NCBI RefSeq assembly: GCF_006345805.1
Contig: NC_043018.1
Span: forward strand, 19,220,001 to 19,284,000
Direction: 5' to 3'
DNA from: Octopus sinensis
Taxonomy: Eukaryota
DNA: 64,000 nucleotides
Below are positions 12,362 to 24,900 of the stretch, in pieces. The notes below the pieces were generated by a model, which saw only the letters and a program-made list of their open reading frames with translations, did no database searches and was not told the origin of the DNA. Position numbers and translations under genes: made by a program. Every line of letters starts with the position of its first letter. Position 1 is the first letter of the stretch.

Positions 12362-12422
12362 TCCAACTGAGGATTACAAAGCATGTTTTATCATGCACAG
12401 CATGAAATCAATTGATATTGGG
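12362..12422 (+). ncRNA. Type I hammerhead motif, sense to FAHD2
   Basis: tccaa CTGAGGA ttacaaa-gcatgttttatcatgc-acagcat GAAA tcaattga TA ttggg. Stem I is 5 bp and stem III is palindromic; the base of stem II is imperfect. Confidence 0.65.
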
Positions 12423-12629
12423 CTATGTATTAAAAGTGGCTTCAAATTCCAGGCAGGCTTATTTTTAAAATATTCATTACATTGCTTCTGTGTGTATTTA
12501 TCATAGAATTGGTGGTTTTTATGAAGCTTAATCCTTCTTTTCTTTAAATATTTTATACCTGTTTAGGTAGAAGTCTTGCTAGCCACTTCGTTATCACTGA
12601 TTTTAACAGTAATAATACTTCACATATTT

Positions 12630-12664
<35 letters not shown>

Positions 12665-12762
12665 AATATTAGGGAATAAATCCAAACTTACAGGGAAAAA
12701 TCAGATTTAGGATTGAATCCAATTTTATAGTAAAATATTATATTATATTAGTCTCTAATTTA

Positions 12763-12800
<38 letters not shown>

Positions 12801-12804
<4 letters not shown>

Positions 12805-13190
12805 ACAATTAAGGATAACTTCTTAATAAGGAATCTTAACAAGAAATTATCAGGTAGATAGCGTGAAAAACCTCATAAGAGAAAAATTTCGAAAATAATT
12901 CTTTCTTATTGAACATATTAATTTATATATAGAGGGCATTATTATACATACATGCCTCACGCTAAGAGGGACATCAGTCATTTCTACCAAAAAATTTTAC
13001 TAATCATACCCAATGCAATTTTTCAAAGCAATTTTTGTGGTAAGTGCGAAATCACAGGTGATACAAGACTAAATTCATTTTTTAAATGTCTTGCTTTGAA
13101 AAATTGCATTGGGTATGATTAGTAAAATTTTTTGGTAGAAATGACTGATGTCCCTCTTAGCGTGAGGCATGTATGTATAATAATGCCCTC

Positions 13191-13201
<11 letters not shown>
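12801..13201. mobile_element. Fold-back copy of the 480-bp array family
   Basis: 12801-13031 is homologous to the array unit across its unit junction. Inverted arms at 12921-13031 and 13091-13201; the spacer keeps the HHR 3' half GAAAtcacaggtgaTA at 13048-13063. Confidence 0.75.
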
Positions 13202-13246
<45 letters not shown>

Positions 13247-13255
<9 letters not shown>

Positions 13256-13485
13256 GAAAGAATGGAGTCGAACGACGATTAACAAAATTCCTTGTTAAAG
13301 AATTTTGTTAAATCGTCGTTCGACTCCATTCTTTCATTTATCTATAGTAAAAAAACACACAAATTTCCACACGAAAGCACGTGATTTCTGTCCTTGGCAT
13401 GTAGCTTCAACCGTGCTTTCTGACGTAAATTTGCTACCCGGGTATCGGTTAACCGAATTATCCATACTAGGATAATTCATTCAAC

Positions 13486-13490
<5 letters not shown>
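13247..13490. mobile_element. Family B relative: short fold-back plus tail
   Basis: Palindrome aatgaaagaatggagtcgaacgacgattaacaaaattc/gaattttgttaaatcgtcgttcgactccattctttcatt, then caaatttccacac...gctacccgggtatcggtt, which matches the reverse complement of 49500-49640. Confidence 0.65.
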
Positions 13491-13516
<26 letters not shown>

Positions 13517-14355
13517 GTGTGTATGTGTGTGTGTATGTGTATATATATATATATATATATTTGGTGTGAATGGTTTTGTTATATGGTGCCGTGTTTTACA
13601 ATCCTGTAAATAATAATCTTTTCTTCTCTAGGCACAAGGCCTGAAATTTTTCTGGGAGGAGGGGGGCAGTCGATTAGATCAACTCCAGTATGCAACTGGT
13701 ACTTAATTTATTGACCCCAAAAGGATGAAAGGTTAAGTCGACCTCAGTGGAATTTGAACTCAGAATGTAAAGACAGACGAAATGCTGCTAAGCATCTCAC
13801 CCGGTGTGCTAACGTTTCTGCCAGCTCACCTCTTCCTGTAAATAATAATAATGGTATTTATATAAGCTCAAAGCTTATGACAATCATCGTGCAATGACTA
13901 AAGAAAGTAGTCTAATAAAGGGGCATATAAGCCTTTGACAGAAAAAAGAAGGCTTTCCTATCCTACAATTAAGGTTCAGTTGAATTCCTCCTAAGTTCAT
14001 TCTGTTACAATAATAGCAACAGGAATGTAATTCTTTTATTCTCTAGTTCTGTTGAAAAATTTGCTAAAAAATTATAATGGAGTATCCTGTATGCTTCTGA
14101 GGAGGGAAGCATATTTCAAATTGATGTGATGCTTGCATTGATTCATTGAATGGAGCCACCTGAAACGGCTGTAATGCATTAATACCTGGACATCCTTGTT
14201 ACTTATTTGCTTTATATATATATATGTATATATCATCATCATCATCATCATCATCGTTTAATGTCCCTTTTTCATGCTGGCATGGGTTGGATGGATTGAC
14301 TGAGGACTGGCAAGCCAGGAGACTGCACCAGGCTCCAATCTGATCTGGCAATTAA

Positions 14356-14870
14356 TCTTTGAACATTCTTTGATCATTCTTTGACTGTTCTTTGATCAAT
14401 CTTTGATCAATCTTTGATTGTTCTTTGATTGTTCTTTGATCAATCTTTGATTGTTCTTTGATTGTTCTTTGATCAATCTTTGATTGTTCTTTGATTGTTC
14501 TTTGATCAATCTTTGATTGTTCTTTGATTGTTCTTTGATCAATCTTTGATAGTTCTTTGATTGTTCTTCGATCAATCTTTGATTGTTCTTTGATTGTTCT
14601 TTGATCAATCTTTGAACATTCTTTGATCAATCTTTGATTGTTCTTTGATCAATCTTTGAACATTCTTTGATCATTCTTTGATCAATCTTTGACTGTTCTT
14701 TGATCATTCTTTGACTGCTTTTTGATCATTCTTTGATCAATCTTTGATTGTTCTTTGATCAATCTTTGAACATTCTTTGATCATTCTTTGATCAATCTTT
14801 GACTGTTCTTTGATCATTCTTTGACTACTTTTTGATCATTCTTTGATCAATCTTTGATCATTCTTTGACA
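14356..14870. repeat. 10-bp minisatellite (TCTTTGATCA/TCTTTGATTG variants)
   Basis: About 50 units visible directly; the array ends ~60 bp before the exon C acceptor. Confidence 0.95.
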
Positions 14871-14932
14871 TTTGAGTAGTGTTTCTTTCTTTCTTTGTAT
14901 TCATTCTTTGATGTTCCATATTTCTGTTTCAG

Positions 14933-15095
14933 CTCAAAGAAGCAATGTCTTACGTGTTTGGTTACACTGTTGCCTTTGACGTGAGCGCCCGAGACTGGCA
15001 GCTGCAGAAAAATGGACAACAATGGCTTCTGGGGAAATCTATGGATACGTTTTGTCCTTTGGGACCATGCATTGTTATGAAAGAAGACATTGCTG
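14933..15095 (+). CDS. FAHD2: FAHD2-like exon C ([54 protein letters not shown])
   Basis: Acceptor tttcAG at 14931-14932, donor GTaaat at 15096. The exon is 163 nt, phase 0/1, with DVSARDWQ and [13 protein letters not shown] motifs. Confidence 0.95.
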
Positions 15096-15098
15096 GTA

Positions 15099-15134
<36 letters not shown>

Positions 15135-15287
15135 CATAATAATAATAATAATAATAATCATAATAATAATACTGATAATAATGATAATAATAATCATAAT
15201 AATAATAATAATAATAATAATGATAATAATAATAATAATAATAATAATCATAATCATAATAATAATAATAATAATGATAATATAATC

Positions 15288-15318
<31 letters not shown>

Positions 15319-15656
15319 TAATAATAATCATAATAATAATGATAATAATAATAATGATAATTATAATAATAATAATAATAATAATAATACTGATGATGAT
15401 GATGATGATGATGATGATCTTTTCTACTGGAAGCATAAAGCCTCAAATTTTGGGAAAGGGATAAGTCGATTACATTGACCCCAGTGCTATACTGGTACTT
15501 GCTTAATTGACACCGAAAGGATGAAAGGCAAAGTCGACCCTGGCAGAATTTGAACTCAGAATGTAGCGGCAGACAAAATACTGTTAAGCATTTTGCCTGG
15601 CAGGCTAATGATTCTGTCAGCTCGCCGCCTTAATAATTATCATAATGATAATTATC

Positions 15657-15689
<33 letters not shown>

Positions 15690-16008
15690 GGGGCTGATAG
15701 CTACCTAACTCAGATACTAGGAAACCCCAAAATGGCAGAAATTTAAAAGATAGTGCTCATGGGAACTGCTCATATCCTACGCAAAATACTTTCTATGTAA
15801 TCTCAAGGCTTAAAATAAACAATTTTCGTTTTTTTTAAAGACATTCACTAGTACAACATAAAAAAAACAAAAACAAATATATGGCACACTAGGCATAACA
15901 ACAACGTGAACTTCCAGCCTGTTGTCTCTTGAGGTCTCTGGGAGAGACTTTGAGCCAACTTGTACAAATATAAAGCAAAAGACAAAAGGAATAATAATAA
16001 TAATAATA

Positions 16009-16047
<39 letters not shown>

Positions 16048-16690
16048 TGATTTCTTTATTGACCGTAAAGGGTTTACATTAAAAAAAAACAGGACAGAGA
16101 GTACACGACAAAACAATGAACGTGTGTATGTGTGTATGTATGTATTTATGTATGTGTGTGTTCTGTTATGAGGGTTTTGCGTGTAAACAGGTAATGGGAA
16201 AAAACAAAATAATAATAATAATAATAATTCTTTCTAATCCTGGCATAAATTTTGGAGAAGGAATTTAGTCAGTTTCATTGAGCCCAGTGCCCAACTGGTA
16301 CTTATTTCATTGACCCCAAAAGGATGGAAGCCAAAGTTGACTTTGGCAGAATTTGAACTCAGAACATGAAGACAGATAAAATGCTGCTAAGCATTTTTGC
16401 CCGGCATGCTAACGATTCTGCCAGCTTGCTGCCTTTCTCGTAAAGACAGATGAAATACCTATTTCTTTACGACCCACAAGGGGCTAAACACAGAGAGGAC
16501 AAACAAGGACAGACAAACGGATTAAGTCGATTACATCGACTCCAGTGTGCAACTGGTACTTATTTAATCGACCCAGAAAAGATGAAAGGCAAAGTCGACC
16601 TCAGCGGAATTTGAACTCAGAACGTAACAGCAGACGAAATACCATTAAGAATTCTGTCCGGCATGCCAGCGATTCTGCCAGTTTGCTGGC

Positions 16691-16737
<47 letters not shown>

Positions 16738-18431
16738 CCTTTCAAATTTTGGCACAAGGTCAGAAATTTCAGGGAAGGGTTAAGTCAGTTGCATCGACCC
16801 ATCCCCAGTATTTAACTGGTACTTGATTTATTGACCCCAGATAGAATGAAAGGTAAAGTCGATCTTGGCGAAATTGGAACTCAGAATGCAAAGATGGATG
16901 GAATAGCGTTAAGCATTTGCCTGGTGTGCCAACGATTCTGGCAGCTTGCCGTCTTCTTGACTTCGCTTAAAAATTGCGGGTTAATCCAGAAAAATAATAA
17001 AAGACATTTGCCCCATATAGTAGGTGGTGGGACGGAACTCTTGCCTCTTTCAGTTGCGAAGCAGAATTTTAACCGTTTGGACATGCTGGACGGAGAATAC
17101 TTATATAATTAGATTTTCAGGGGAGACAACTCTTTTCGTAACCAACAAGAATGAAATAGTTTGATGAGAGTTATTTCCCTTAGATCTTACGTTTATTTTA
17201 AAATTCCTTTAGGGAATTCTTTTTCCGGCATATTTTTTCTAATATTAACGCTTGCAACCCTCCATCCACTGACCATTGATTACTAAAACCCTTTGAAATA
17301 TTGAACAATCGATAACCTAGAGATTCCAGAAATCCAATATCCATTAATAAGCCTATATGAATCTTATTCCATTATTTAATATATTTAAGGCGGCGATCTG
17401 GCTGAATCGGTAGCACGCTGGAAAATTGCTTAACAGCATTTCATAAGTCTTTAGGTTCTGAGTTCAAATTCGGCCAAAATCAACTTTGTATTTCGTCCTT
17501 TCGGGGTCGATTAAATAAGTACCTACCAAGTTCTGAGGTTCATACAATTGATTTCTCCAAAAACTGTCGACTTGTACCCAAAATTTGAAGCCAATATAAG
17601 ATACATCAAAGGGGCCAGGGAACAGAAGAAAGAAGACATGCACCCAACACCAGAGCTGAAGACGCCGCCGAAAGTAAGGAAGGGCCGCCACGTCAAAACA
17701 GCAGAGGAGTAGGGGCCGAAACCGGACGTGGTTCCTCCTGATGATGTCTTGAGCTAACTGGATCCTATAAAGGAGCTGTTGTGGTAGCAGACCACGAAAC
17801 ACGGTTGTAATTCCTTCTATAGTGCAAAAAATCTAAGCATAGCTGTCTGGGTATTTCTACGGTTGGATGCACTTCCTGATGCTGACTCTTATCCCTGTTA
17901 AAAAAATAAGGTATTCCTGGTTTGGGATCGCCGAGCTTCCGGACACATTGTTGATGTAGGGCATAAACATTGTCACCGATGGGGGACGGGGATAGGCAGA
18001 TGCAGCAGGCACACATACACACACACATTTGAAATTACATAACCTATCGTACATACTTACACACAGGATGGGCTTCGTACAGTTTCCAGCTACCAAATTC
18101 GTTCATGGCCTGGGGTCACAAGAGAAGAGACATCTTCAAGGTGTGATGTAGTCATATATTAATTCCATTGTTACTTTGAGGAAATTCCTTTGATTCAAGT
18201 GTAACATATTCTTCATGGTTACATCGCTTTTCCTTTCATATTCCATTGTCATATTAACTCTCACTCTTTAAACGCATGTATGTGTGTATAAATATACATA
18301 TATATATAAATATATAGATATATATATATGCGTGTGTGTGTATGATTATACATACATACATACATACATTATATATATATATATATATGTATGTATATGT
18401 ATATATATATGTATATGTATATATATGTATG

Positions 18432-18497
<66 letters not shown>

Positions 18498-18978
18498 TGT
18501 ATGTGGGCGCGTGTTGTGCATGTATGTACATATACACAGCAGACAGACACACTCACACAAACACACACGTGGGTTTGTGCATGAATGCATGTTCCATAAT
18601 GGCTTAGGTGGCCAAAAACGTGGAAGTTACTATCAATAACATTTTTGTTTTAAGAATAATAAATTTGTACTCTACTAAAGTACAGAGCAGCCCATCAGAG
18701 TAATATGAAATTGTTTGTATTATAACCAAATATGAAAATTGTGTGTGTGTGTGTCTGGCTGTCTGTATGTATGTATGCATGTATGCATGTATGTATGTAT
18801 GTATGTATGTATGTATGTATGTATGTATGTATGTATGTATGTATGTATGTATGCATGCATGCATGCATGCATGCATGTATGTATGTATGTATGTATGTAT
18901 GTATGTATGTATGTATATATGTATACTTCAAATTAACAAAAAATTAAAGACAAAGATGGGTGAGGGTACAACAAGCAG

Positions 18979-19199
18979 GGCAGAAACGTTAGCACGCCGG
19001 GCGAAATGCTTAGAGGCATTTCGTCTGCCGTTACGTTCCGAGTTCAAATTCCGCCCAGGTCGACTTTGCCTTTCATCCTTGCGGGGTCGATAAATTAAGT
19101 ACCAGTTACGCACTGGGGTCGATGTAGTCGACTTAATACCCATGTCTGTCCTTGTTTGTCCTCTCTGTGTTTAACCCCTTGTGGGCAGTAAAGAAATAG
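18979..19199 (+). mobile_element. SINE family 1 copy
   Basis: ggcagaaacgttagcacgccgggcgaaatgc...gagttcaaattc...gtaaagaaatag. Further copies lie near 13670, 15470, 16250-16690, 26405, 28606, 32625, 40213, 41280, 50160, 50945 and 55143. Confidence 0.8.
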
Positions 19200-19350
19200 G
19201 TATATACTAGTTTGATGCTTGGGAAGAATGGAAAGCTCTTTGACGTTTCTAGCCTATGCTCTTCGAGAGAAGAGATTAAGGGAGGAAAAACAGAGATAGA
19301 ACAAAAACAAAAATGGAGAGAGAAAAATATACATCGTCCCCCATACATAT

Positions 19351-19419
<69 letters not shown>

Positions 19420-20029
19420 GTCGTCATCATCGTCATCATCGTCATCGTCGTCATCGTCATCGTCATCATCATCATCATCATTTAATGTCCGCCTCCCGTG
19501 GGTGGGACGGCTTGACAAGAGTTGGCCAGGCTACGAGAGTTGCACCAGACTTCTGTGTCTGTTTTGGCAGGATTTTTACAGCTGGATGCCCTTCCTGACG
19601 CCAACCACTTTACAGTGTGGACTGAGTGCTTTTAAAGAGGCACCTGCACTGATGGGGTCACCAAGTACTTGCGAGACAAAAAAAAATCTCTTTTGAGAGG
19701 AGGGATGTTGTGTTGGATGATGAAAGGTTATAGTGAGACAGAGAGACAGAAACAGGTGTCTTGTTGTAAAGAAGGTACAAGGTTACCTGGCCAGAGAAAG
19801 AAAGATAGATAGAGAGAGAGAGAGATAGAGAGATAGATAGATAGATAGATAGAGAAAGAGATAGATAGAGATATATATATATATAGAGAGAGGTAGATAG
19901 ATAGAGAGAGATAGATAGATAGAGAGAGAGAGATAGATAGAGAGAGATAGATAGAGAGATAGAGAGAGAGATAGATAGATAGAGAGAGAGACAGTGAGAG
20001 AGAGAGAGGAAGAAAGAGAGAGAGTGAGG

Positions 20030-20067
<38 letters not shown>

Positions 20068-20566
20068 GAGAGAGAGAGAGCAGTTCAGCAAAAGAGACCA
20101 ATAGAATAAGTTGCAGGCAGAAAAAGTTAAGAAAAAAAAAGTACTGGACTTTGATTCATTCAACTAAAAAGTCTTCAAGTTGCTGCTCCAGCATGGCCAC
20201 AGTCTAATGCCTGAAACAAGTAAAAGACAAAACAGAGAAAAAAAATAATGATAACCAAAATTAAAAGAATTATTCATAGTCATGGTAGAGCTGATAAGAG
20301 AGAAGACAGGTGTTTAACGAGAAGGTAATGAAGGTGATGAAAGCAGGAGATAGAGACTCAACAGGGAAATAATGTACAAGAGACCCACTCCCCACTCCCC
20401 ACCACCACTGCTACATGTTATCCAAAGACCATCCTTCATCCCAACCAAAACTTCTACTTTCATTTTATTCCCATTCCTACATGGTTAGGTAAGACTTCTC
20501 CTGTGCAATGTCTTATCATGAGTTGCGCTCTTTTGTCATTTCGTTAAAGAGATTCAAATATTTTTC

Positions 20567-21027
20567 TGGTTGTATACTGTCAATCTAACACGAACGTGAC
20601 AGTAGGGGGGTACACCACCGCTGTATAGCCCTAGGAAGCATCGACGCCTCCTGATGGCTTTGACACATTTTTCCCCTGTGTCCTTATATACATTTACGAA
20701 GGGGAGACAAACACCCCCGGCCGCCGGAGCTGCATATAGGGACACGTGTTTCAGGATTATTGTCCTTCATCGGCCTAGAGTAGCAGATACGTGTCCCTAG
20801 ATGCAGCTCCGGCGGCCGGGGGTGTTTGTCTCCCCTTCGTAAATGTATATAAGGACACAGGGAAAAATGTGTCAAAGCCATCAGGAGGCGTCGATGCTTC
20901 CTAGGGCTATACAGTGGTGGTGTACCCCCCTACTGTCACGTTCGTGTTAGATTGACAGTATACAACCATTCTATCGCCCCACCACCGTACATGTCTCTAC
21001 GAGAGATTTAGAAATTTAGTATTTCTT
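20567..21027. mobile_element. Asymmetric fold-back element, family A (Penelope pLTR-like), with HHR and 13-bp TSD
   Basis: Inverted arms at 20567-20747 and 20789-20968, a 41-nt spacer containing the HHR, and a ~58-nt one-sided tail. TSD AAATATTTTTCTG at 20556-20568 and 21028-21040. Confidence 0.8.
20735..20779 (-). ncRNA. Minimal type I hammerhead in the spacer of a fold-back element
   Basis: - strand: tctagg CCGATGA agga-caataa-tcct GAAA c-acgt-g TC cctata. U4C core variant, palindromic ACGU stem III, GUC triplet. Confidence 0.75.
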
Positions 21028-21415
21028 AAATATTTTTCTGTTTTCCTTTTGTTCATTAATCAACTGGGTTCTTTTTCTGTCTCTTCATTGGTTTTCTTTT
21101 TCCTGGCCTAATGTTTTATTTTCGTTGGTGAGGGCCATATCTGAGTGCTCTGTATTTCATTCTGTTGTTTTATTTCTAATGGCAGAGTTGACAGTGTTAT
21201 TAACACGCTGTTTATTTACTCTTTTACTTGTTTCAGTCATTTGAATGCGGCCATGCTGGAGCACCGCCTTTAGTCGAGCAAATCGACCCCGGGACTTATT
21301 CTTTGTAAGCCCAGTACTTATTCTATCGGTCTTTTTTGCCGAACCGCTAAGTGACGGGGACGTAAACACACCAGCATCGGTTGTCAAGCAATGCTAGGGG
21401 ACAAACACAGACACA

Positions 21416-21455
<40 letters not shown>

Positions 21456-22374
21456 ACACACATATATATATATACATATATACGACAGGTTTCTTTCAGT
21501 TTCCGTCTACCAAATCCACTCACAAGGCATTGGTCGGCCCGGGGCTATAGCAGAAGACACTTGCCCAAGATGCAACGTAGTGGGACTGAACCTGGAACCA
21601 TGTGGTTGGTTAGCAAGCTACTTACCACACAGCCACTCCTGCGCCTATTTGTTGAGTTTCTTTGTTAAAAACATTAAAAATGTTTATAAATGTTTATTTA
21701 TTTATTTTTGCTAAAGTCTTTTAATTTTTCATTTGATGGAAATTTTTCCATGGGAAAATCCGGGAGTGTCCAGGCACTGGATTTCATGCAGCGATTATGA
21801 ATCATGGTTGATTGATTATAGGTAGGAAGCTTTGTTGCCTTGGTTTCTTTTTTTTTGTTCAAGATTAAAGGATTTAAAAATATGGGGTGGCAATATGGTG
21901 ACAAAATTACTTCTCAACCATAAGGTTCCAGATTCAGTCCTGCCACATGGCACTTTGGGCAAAAGACTTCTGCTATAGTTCTGGGCTGGATAAAGTCGTG
22001 TGAGTGGCTTTCGCAGGCGGAAACTGAAGCCTATTGTATACATAATATACACACATGTATATATACATACATATACATTCATATATATATATAAGCAATA
22101 ATAAATCTCAGAGCGAGTTATAAACAGTAGCTACAACACATCGTGACGTACATTTGCCATTTAAATATGGCTAACCCCTAAGGGTGGATGCTACTGTAGT
22201 TTGTAGCCCCTAAGGGTGTCCTCCTGGTGCTACAAACTACAGTAGCATCCACCCTTAGGGGTTAGCCATATTTAATTGGCAAGGGTTAGCCATATTTAAA
22301 TGGCAAATGTACATATATATATATATATATATATATACAAATGCACATATATATACACATGCACACACACACAC

Positions 22375-22422
<48 letters not shown>

Positions 22423-23513
22423 CACATTCACACACACACACTCACACACACACACACACATATATACTTACATACATACATGTACAGATCACTATATATA
22501 TGTATGTGTCTGTGAGTGTGTGTCTATGTTCATGTTCATGTATGATTGCTGTAAATGAGTGTCACTGTCGTACAAGCAGTGTTGTTCATTTCTGTGAGAT
22601 AATCTGTGAGAACATGTCTGGTTGTGGGGAATTATTACCTTCCTTAGAAACAGGTGAGGGTCTGCAACAGGAAGGGCACCCAGCTGTAGAAAATCTACCT
22701 CACTAGACTCTCTTTAACCAATGCAAGCTTGGAAAAGTGGGCATTAAAAGGATAATGATGATGATGTGTGTGTATTTGTATTCCAAAGATACACCACCTT
22801 ACCTTTCAGTCTAAACCTACCTTTCAGTTTAAATATAACAAATACAACACTCATATTTTTAGTATTAATCAACAAACACTTCCCAACAGAGCATAACTAC
22901 CACAAACTATTAAATAAAAACAATGTAAAAGTTAACTACATCTGCACTTAAAACGTATGCAATCAGTAAATAGTAACTTCCTAAGGAACATGCAACACAG
23001 CTGCAAAGACATGCCACTGTAACAGAACATGCCTGCTTTATGGAAACTACAAAAAAAAAGAAAAAAGAAAACAGCAAATAAGTTTCACAAGAAATACAAA
23101 CTACAAAAAAGAAGATAAAACTCCTCCAAAACTACATCAACACTTCTGTCAGTTTCAAAGATACATATGCACAACATCAAACTCCTTCTGGAATATAAAC
23201 AAATGAAAAGCAATGTTAGTGTTTAAACATATGTGAGAGTCATTTAGTTAGATTATTTCCTAATATCTTTGACATGACATAGTGTTTGCATCTCATTACA
23301 ATTTCTATTTAACAACTTATAAATGATATTTCACCACATTGTTAATTACTATTTCCATTTATAGCTGTTATTGCCATTTTCATATTGTCACAACTTTTAC
23401 CAATTTTCATTAAGTGTTAATATCATCACCATCACCATAATTATTGATGTTGTTGTTGTTGTTGTTGTTGTTGTTCTTCTTCTTCTTCTTCTTCTTCTTC
23501 TTCTTCTTCTTCT

Positions 23514-23544
<31 letters not shown>

Positions 23545-23589
23545 TTTCTTTTTATTATTATTATCATTATTATCATCATCATCATCATC

Positions 23590-23623
<34 letters not shown>

Positions 23624-23916
23624 TATTATTATTATTATTAATTGTGCTCTTATCATTATCATTAAAGTTTGGTATCACTTTCACTAGCAACAATAATACC
23701 TCCATTTTTCCGCTATAGTTATTTTGCGATTCTTCAACAACCACCACCACCACCACCACCACAATTCATAATAATTAGTCAAAAGAGAACGAAGAGCATT
23801 AAATTTGTTAACCTAGTTGTTAGATGTGTATACATATTTGTGTGTGTGTATGTGTGTGTGTGCAATATACATATCTTATAATATGCATATATATATTTAT
23901 ATATACAAGTATATAT

Positions 23917-23958
<42 letters not shown>

Positions 23959-24474
23959 CACAATTCCATATGTATTTATGGATTTTCACATACATACATA
24001 CACACAGAAACACACACATATATATATATATACACACATACATAAATATATATCTTTTATATATGCATGTGTGTGCAATTTACATATATGTATATATAAT
24101 ATACATATATTATAATATGCATATAAATATTTATATATACTTTATCTCTCTCTTTCTCTTACTCTCTCTCTCTCTCTCTCTCTCTTTATATATACACATA
24201 TATATATATATATATTATATATATATATATGTATGTATGTACACAATTCCATATGTATTTATGGATTTTCACATACATACATACACACAGAAACACACAC
24301 ATATATATATATACACACATACATAAATATATATCTTTTATATATGCATGTGTGTGCAATTTACATATATGTATATATAATATACATATATTATAATATG
24401 CATATAAATATTTATATATACTTTATCTCTCTCTTTCTCTTACTCTCTCTCTCTCTCTCTCTCTCTTTATATAT

Positions 24475-24531
<57 letters not shown>

Positions 24532-24682
24532 CACATACATATATATACACATACATACACATATATCTATTTGTGTATATGGATGTTCCCACACACATAT
24601 ATACATACAAATTTGCATATATATCTTTTATCTTTTGTATGTGTGTGTGTGTGTGTGCATATGCATTTACAAGGATATGGAA

Positions 24683-24729
<47 letters not shown>

Positions 24730-24791
24730 TGAGAGGATAAGGAAAGAAACGATAATGTAATAATTTTATATGGAATTGCTTTGTTCTTCAG

Positions 24792-24900
24792 ATATAGGAA
24801 ACCTTGGAATTCGATGCCGAGTGAATGGAGTACCAAAGCAGAATAGTAATACTTCAATGCTTGTACACAGTGTGGAGAAACTAATTGTCTTCATATCTCG
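24792..24900 (+). CDS. FAHD2: FAHD2-like exon D ((D)IGNLGIRCRVNGVPKQNSNTSMLVHSVEKLIVFIS(R))
   Basis: Acceptor ttcttcAG at 24790-24791, donor GTtggt at 24901. The exon is 109 nt, phase 1/2, fits its neighbours, and aligns with FAHD2A [26 protein letters not shown]...LIAWVSQ. Confidence 0.9.

Noticed and set aside
17654-17680. CTGAAGAcgccgccGAAA
   Set aside because: Stem II cannot pair (c/c) and there is no stem I or stem III.
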